Source of the DNA: an uncultured archaeon
GTDB lineage: Archaea; Aenigmatarchaeota; Aenigmatarchaeia; QMZP01; JACQNV01
Direction of reading: 5' to 3'
NCBI GenBank assembly: GCA_964410585.1
Contig: CAYPFW010000002.1
Coordinates: forward strand, 160,001-224,000
Length of the DNA: 64,000 nucleotides
Shown one piece after another: positions 59,944 through 64,000 of the stretch. The translations under genes were made by a program, and so were the position numbers. Numbering within the stretch: position 1 is the first letter of the stretch; each line of letters begins with the position of its first letter. Under the pieces are notes generated by a model. It had not been told where the DNA came from. It was given only the letters and a program-made list of their open reading frames with translations, and made no database searches.

Positions 59944-60254
59944 TCTGTCTAAGCATTTTACTATGAGTTTCAAAACATGTTTTTGATAGCGGCTTTCTTA
60001 GAGAAAACTGAATTTCCGTTTCTGATATTGCTAAACTTATCACCAAACATTGCACAAATCATCGACATTTAAAAATCCCCCACTTGGCAGAAATCTGCTT
60101 ATTTTGCAGTCTTTTTGAGTGGTGCATGTAGAGTTAGAGGAAACAGATTCAGAACTTTGTATAAAAAATATGCTGGAGATAATTATTGCAACTCCAACCA
60201 CAATCAACCATTTCATAAATATTAATTGGTCCCTGACCATTATATATAGTATAT

Positions 60255-61562
60255 ATGAAAAGTATTGTGGTTCTCATTCTTTTGTTGGTTGGTTTAATTT
60301 TGGTTAGTGGCTGCACGCAGGAAAAGCGAGATATAAAAAATCAGCAGGAGTTAGGTGTTGATAAAGCAGATGCTGTAGAAGAGCCAAAAAATTCTGAAAA
60401 AGAAAATCTAAATCAGGTGGAAGAAAATTACAGTAAATCAGAGGATTTAGATACTGAAAAGTCACAGGAAGCCCATACTCAAAAGGGAAATTTTTTAGAT
60501 GGTCAATACTACGAACAAGATAATAGAGAATCCCTTGAAATCCCTTCTCAGAGTGAAAGAGAAAAACTTCCAGAATGCTCTGATGTTTTGTATACTGTAC
60601 CATTTGTTGACCCTGATAAAATCAGAGAAATTGCTCCATTGGGAAGTCTAAATCCCCCAGAGCATACAATACCAACAAACCATGTGTATAGCCATTTAGA
60701 TATACCTAGGGAAAGCACACAAACTGTTTCCTTATATCTACCGGCAGATGCCTGGATAACTCATATCAGTACGGGTACAGGAATGACGCAGGATCCTGAA
60801 GATAGTACAGTCTATTTTGCAGTTTGCAAAGATGTTGTTGGTTACTTTAATCACATTAAAAAGCTCTCACCCGAAGTGCAAAAAATTGTAAATTCTTATC
60901 AATGTCCCCAAGGAGGTAGCAATTGCTTCGTCCAGGTTTTGGAGCCCTTGAAAAAAGGATCTTATCTTGGAGAAGTTGGAAGGCTTCAAGGAAATTTTGA
61001 TTTTGGGACAATTGATCTAAGAACCCAGCACAACTTTATCAACAAGGAGAGATACGCCAAAAGAACATTGCATATACAGTGTCCGTTTGACTATTATTCT
61101 GAAGATTTGAAAGAAAAATATTATAACTTGCTGCAGAGCAAGAAAAATTGTGGAAAAATAAATTTTGATATCCCAGGAACACTTCAGGGTAATTGGTTTT
61201 ATGGGGATTCTAGGGAATATTTTGGTGGCGATTGGGTAAAGCATGCATTTTTTGGATATGATAATGTGAATCCAGAAAAGTCTGTTATTTCAATTGGAGG
61301 AGTTGTTGTCCCAGAAAGCAGCGGGTTAAGATGGAAATTTTCTGCTTCTACAACAGGTCAAAACAACAGGAAGTTCTCAAATGTTGTTCCAGGAAAAGTT
61401 TACTGCTATGATATCGATGATCAAGACCAGTTTAACAAAGGGCCAAGTGGGAGGATTTTGGTAGAGTTGGAAAATGAAAAACAAATTAAATTAGAGCACC
61501 AAAATGGTGATTGTTCAGGAAGTTTGAGCTTCAGTGAGGGCGCTAAAGTATATGATAGATAG
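60255..61562 (+). CDS. Putative lipoprotein
   Basis: LVSGC lipobox, acidic linker, globular domain. Confidence 0.75.
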   Translation: MKSIVVLILLLVGLILVSGCTQEKRDIKNQQELGVDKADAVEEPKNSEKENLNQVEENYSKSEDLDTEKSQEAHTQKGNFLDGQYYEQDNRESLEIPSQSEREKLPECSDVLYTVPFVDPDKIREIAPLGSLNPPEHTIPTNHVYSHLDIPRESTQTVSLYLPADAWITHISTGTGMTQDPEDSTVYFAVCKDVVGYFNHIKKLSPEVQKIVNSYQCPQGGSNCFVQVLEPLKKGSYLGEVGRLQGNFDFGTIDLRTQHNFINKERYAKRTLHIQCPFDYYSEDLKEKYYNLLQSKKNCGKINFDIPGTLQGNWFYGDSREYFGGDWVKHAFFGYDNVNPEKSVISIGGVVVPESSGLRWKFSASTTGQNNRKFSNVVPGKVYCYDIDDQDQFNKGPSGRILVELENEKQIKLEHQNGDCSGSLSFSEGAKVYDR

Positions 61563-63024
61563 AAAAAAGTCAACAAAAACAATTGTTGCTGTTTTGTTGT
61601 TAGTTGGTTTAATTTTGGTTAGTGGTTGTATTCAGGAGAATCAATCGCACGAATTAGAAGACGAAGCGTCTATCAAGCAACAACCTAATAATTTTGTAGA
61701 AGAAAGAGAAATTCCTGAAGTAAAAGATGAGATCAAAAAAGACAATACAACAATTAAACCAACTGAACAAGAAACCAAAAAAGATCCTGTTCTTGCTCGG
61801 CTTTCAAGAACTTTGTTAACAGAGGGAATGGACTGTACATTTGAAAACTTTTTTGATACGAGAAATAGCCTAGCAATTGACCCAACTAATCCAAATATTT
61901 TGTATGTAGGAATAGAAGGAAAGGGTATATACAAAAGCATAGATTCAGGAAAAACATGGAAACAAAGCTCAAGTGGGATCCTTGCTTATTTAGACAGAAA
62001 TAATCCAAGTCAAAAATGCTATACTGATATGGCAGAAATTATCATTGATCCAACAAATACAAAAAGATTGCTTTTAGCTCCTGCAGATACATCTACAGGA
62101 TATATAGATTGGCCATATGCTGAAACAGCTGGCGTTTGGGAAAGCTTAGACGGTGGAGAGTCGTGGCATCAGCTTATTAGTGGAAGGGTAAATGCAGCAG
62201 GAACAGGTGCCCTAGCAATTGATCCAAACAATCCACATGTAATTTATTTTGGTGTGAATTCAGACCCCCCAACTTTCAAAGAAGCTCCAATAAAAGAGAC
62301 CTTGAATAAAAATGGATCTTTGTACAAATCAACAGATGGTGGCAAGACATGGATTGATTTAGAAATAGGAAGACCAGAAGCATATTTGCAAACTGTTTCT
62401 ATATTTATCAATCCAAAAAACTCCCAAGAGTTAATTTTGCTCACGCAGGCTCATGACCATTTCTATGGAGAAAACTACATAGACGAGTTGTTTTCATATG
62501 ATCAATTTGGTCCGATGAAATCTTTTGACGGCGGAAAGACTTGGATAAAACTTGCAAATAATCTTCCTTCTCCATACAGAAACCCATTTGATGGCGACGT
62601 ATCTTTACAAAACTTTGACCACATGATTGTAAGGCCGTTTTTGTTTGGAGCAGATGAATTCCCCCCAGATGTGCAGCAAAAAAGCTTTTATTCTTTTGAT
62701 AGAGGAGAAACTTTCAAAGAAACACCAATCCTGATTTGGGTGGGTAGATATGATCCACAAGATCCAAAGGGCAATCATTTGCTTGGATACTCTCCTTGGT
62801 ATGCAAATGGGGACATTGTAGAAAGCATGGATGGTGGAGCAACTTGGCAACCTATTGGAAAACCAAAAGAAATAGACAACACAAAAGTCAAGGTTTCTAA
62901 CTTTGTTTGGGATCCTAAAAACCAAAAAACAGTATACATGACTGGTACACAAGGATATGTTTGGAAATCAGATGATGGAGGCCAGACATGGAAGACGATT
63001 TTAAATTTAGATATGTTGAGCTGA
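61552..63024 (+). CDS. Lipoprotein with BNR/Asp-box beta-propeller
   Basis: Repeated S.DGG.TW motifs; LVSGC lipobox. Confidence 0.85.
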   Translation: MIDRKKSTKTIVAVLLLVGLILVSGCIQENQSHELEDEASIKQQPNNFVEEREIPEVKDEIKKDNTTIKPTEQETKKDPVLARLSRTLLTEGMDCTFENFFDTRNSLAIDPTNPNILYVGIEGKGIYKSIDSGKTWKQSSSGILAYLDRNNPSQKCYTDMAEIIIDPTNTKRLLLAPADTSTGYIDWPYAETAGVWESLDGGESWHQLISGRVNAAGTGALAIDPNNPHVIYFGVNSDPPTFKEAPIKETLNKNGSLYKSTDGGKTWIDLEIGRPEAYLQTVSIFINPKNSQELILLTQAHDHFYGENYIDELFSYDQFGPMKSFDGGKTWIKLANNLPSPYRNPFDGDVSLQNFDHMIVRPFLFGADEFPPDVQQKSFYSFDRGETFKETPILIWVGRYDPQDPKGNHLLGYSPWYANGDIVESMDGGATWQPIGKPKEIDNTKVKVSNFVWDPKNQKTVYMTGTQGYVWKSDDGGQTWKTILNLDMLS

Positions 63025-63036
63025 AAATATAATTTT

Positions 63037-64000
63037 ATGATTTACAAAAAACTTTTGCTAATTGGTATTTTGGGCATTTTGGTTTTGGTTAGTGGTTGTA
63101 TTCAAGAGTCAAGTGAAAAGAAAAATCCAATTTTTTCCAAAGAAAAATTCTCTTGTGAAAATGATAATAGTAATATACAAAGCAGAGGATATGTCATCTT
63201 GATGGGATTAGCAGACCACACTAAAGAGGGCTGGATTTCTGAGAAAAAATTAATGGAGAAAGATCCAAAAGCCAAATTTGTTTTGATATATGATCAAGAT
63301 GAGAATTCTAGATTAGAGGATATTAGTCAAAAATTTCTGGATGATATTCACAGTCTACTAAAAGAAAAACCAGTGGATGAGCTTGTCATTTTTGGTTCAA
63401 GTGCAGGTGGTGTAACTGCTTCGTATTCCATAGCTAAACTAAATTTCCAGGGCCCTGTTGCTTTGCATACAATGGCTTCTCCTCTAAATGGGTATGATCT
63501 TAGAGGATTTGGAGAAGCATTTATTGGAGAAGGAAGATCTGTATATGAAAAAGAAATTGCTCTAGGTCTTGAGATTTTCAAGAAGCCTGGAAAAAATGTC
63601 GGGGTCTACCATCACAAAACAGTCACAGACACTGTTTTAAAAGATCATTACTGTAGAGAATTTTCAGCCTTCTGTGATCCAATAAAAATCCAAGACAACA
63701 ACATAGAAGGCAGTAAGGAATTTTACTATCCTCAGTATGATCACAATCCACTTGGGGCTTTTGTAATAAGGGATGTTTTGAAATGCTACAATCCTGAAAT
63801 AGTTGAGGATATAGAAGAGGAAAATAGGCAAGCAGACCGAGGGGAAAAACTTGGTTCACTGTGCTCAGGGGAAGATAGCTGTCAATTCTTCTGCAACACA
63901 AACAGAGGCAGATGCACTGACTATTGTCAGAATAATCCTGAAAATCCTCTTTGCCAAAAACTTTTTGGTCAGGTTCCAGAAGTGAACAGAGAAGCTACCA
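63037..64000 (+). CDS. Lipoprotein with alpha/beta-hydrolase fold (runs off window; not in ORF track)
   Basis: MIYKKLLLIGILGILVLVSGC.., nucleophile elbow GSSAG. Confidence 0.7.
   Translation, partial: MIYKKLLLIGILGILVLVSGCIQESSEKKNPIFSKEKFSCENDNSNIQSRGYVILMGLADHTKEGWISEKKLMEKDPKAKFVLIYDQDENSRLEDISQKFLDDIHSLLKEKPVDELVIFGSSAGGVTASYSIAKLNFQGPVALHTMASPLNGYDLRGFGEAFIGEGRSVYEKEIALGLEIFKKPGKNVGVYHHKTVTDTVLKDHYCREFSAFCDPIKIQDNNIEGSKEFYYPQYDHNPLGAFVIRDVLKCYNPEIVEDIEEENRQADRGEKLGSLCSGEDSCQFFCNTNRGRCTDYCQNNPENPLCQKLFGQVPEVNREAT

Noticed and set aside
60040-60240. 66-aa minus-strand ORF with hydrophobic N-terminus
   Set aside because: Could be a small or truncated exported protein, but there is no recognisable motif
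1906-63901. Many short ORFs antisense to or out of frame within real genes
   Set aside because: Shadow ORFs overlapping genes with clear motifs; no independent motifs
1-64000. Prophage, transposase, integrase, reverse transcriptase, rRNA
   Set aside because: No supporting motifs recognised in the window

Overview
AT-rich archaeal chromosomal segment, probably from a DPANN-type archaeon (inferred from compact genes, many Cys-rich/PKD surface proteins and a shortened GatE). It holds core genes (cca, dnaG, radA, rpa, gatE, cysS, metG, nurA, rps8e, rpl37e, eS26-like, LSm), three toxin-antitoxin modules, several orphan enzymes, and surface-protein and lipoprotein clusters. The most unusual signals are non-coding. 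(1) A tRNA-Lys(CUU) is split by three BHB-type introns. (2) A 55-90 bp dispersed repeat (family 1; 8 near-complete copies plus a fragment cluster) makes up most of two of those introns and also sits at gene junctions: between two synonymously recoded copies of the nurA 3' end, between two copies of the former mazE/mazF overlap, and between the SD-like motif and ATG of rpa. (3) A second repeat (family 2, 3 copies) conserves structure rather than sequence, with fixed extrahelical bases reminiscent of attC/HUH substrates. No transposase, integrase, rRNA or CRISPR array was seen. All protein calls come from motif recognition by eye, not database searches.
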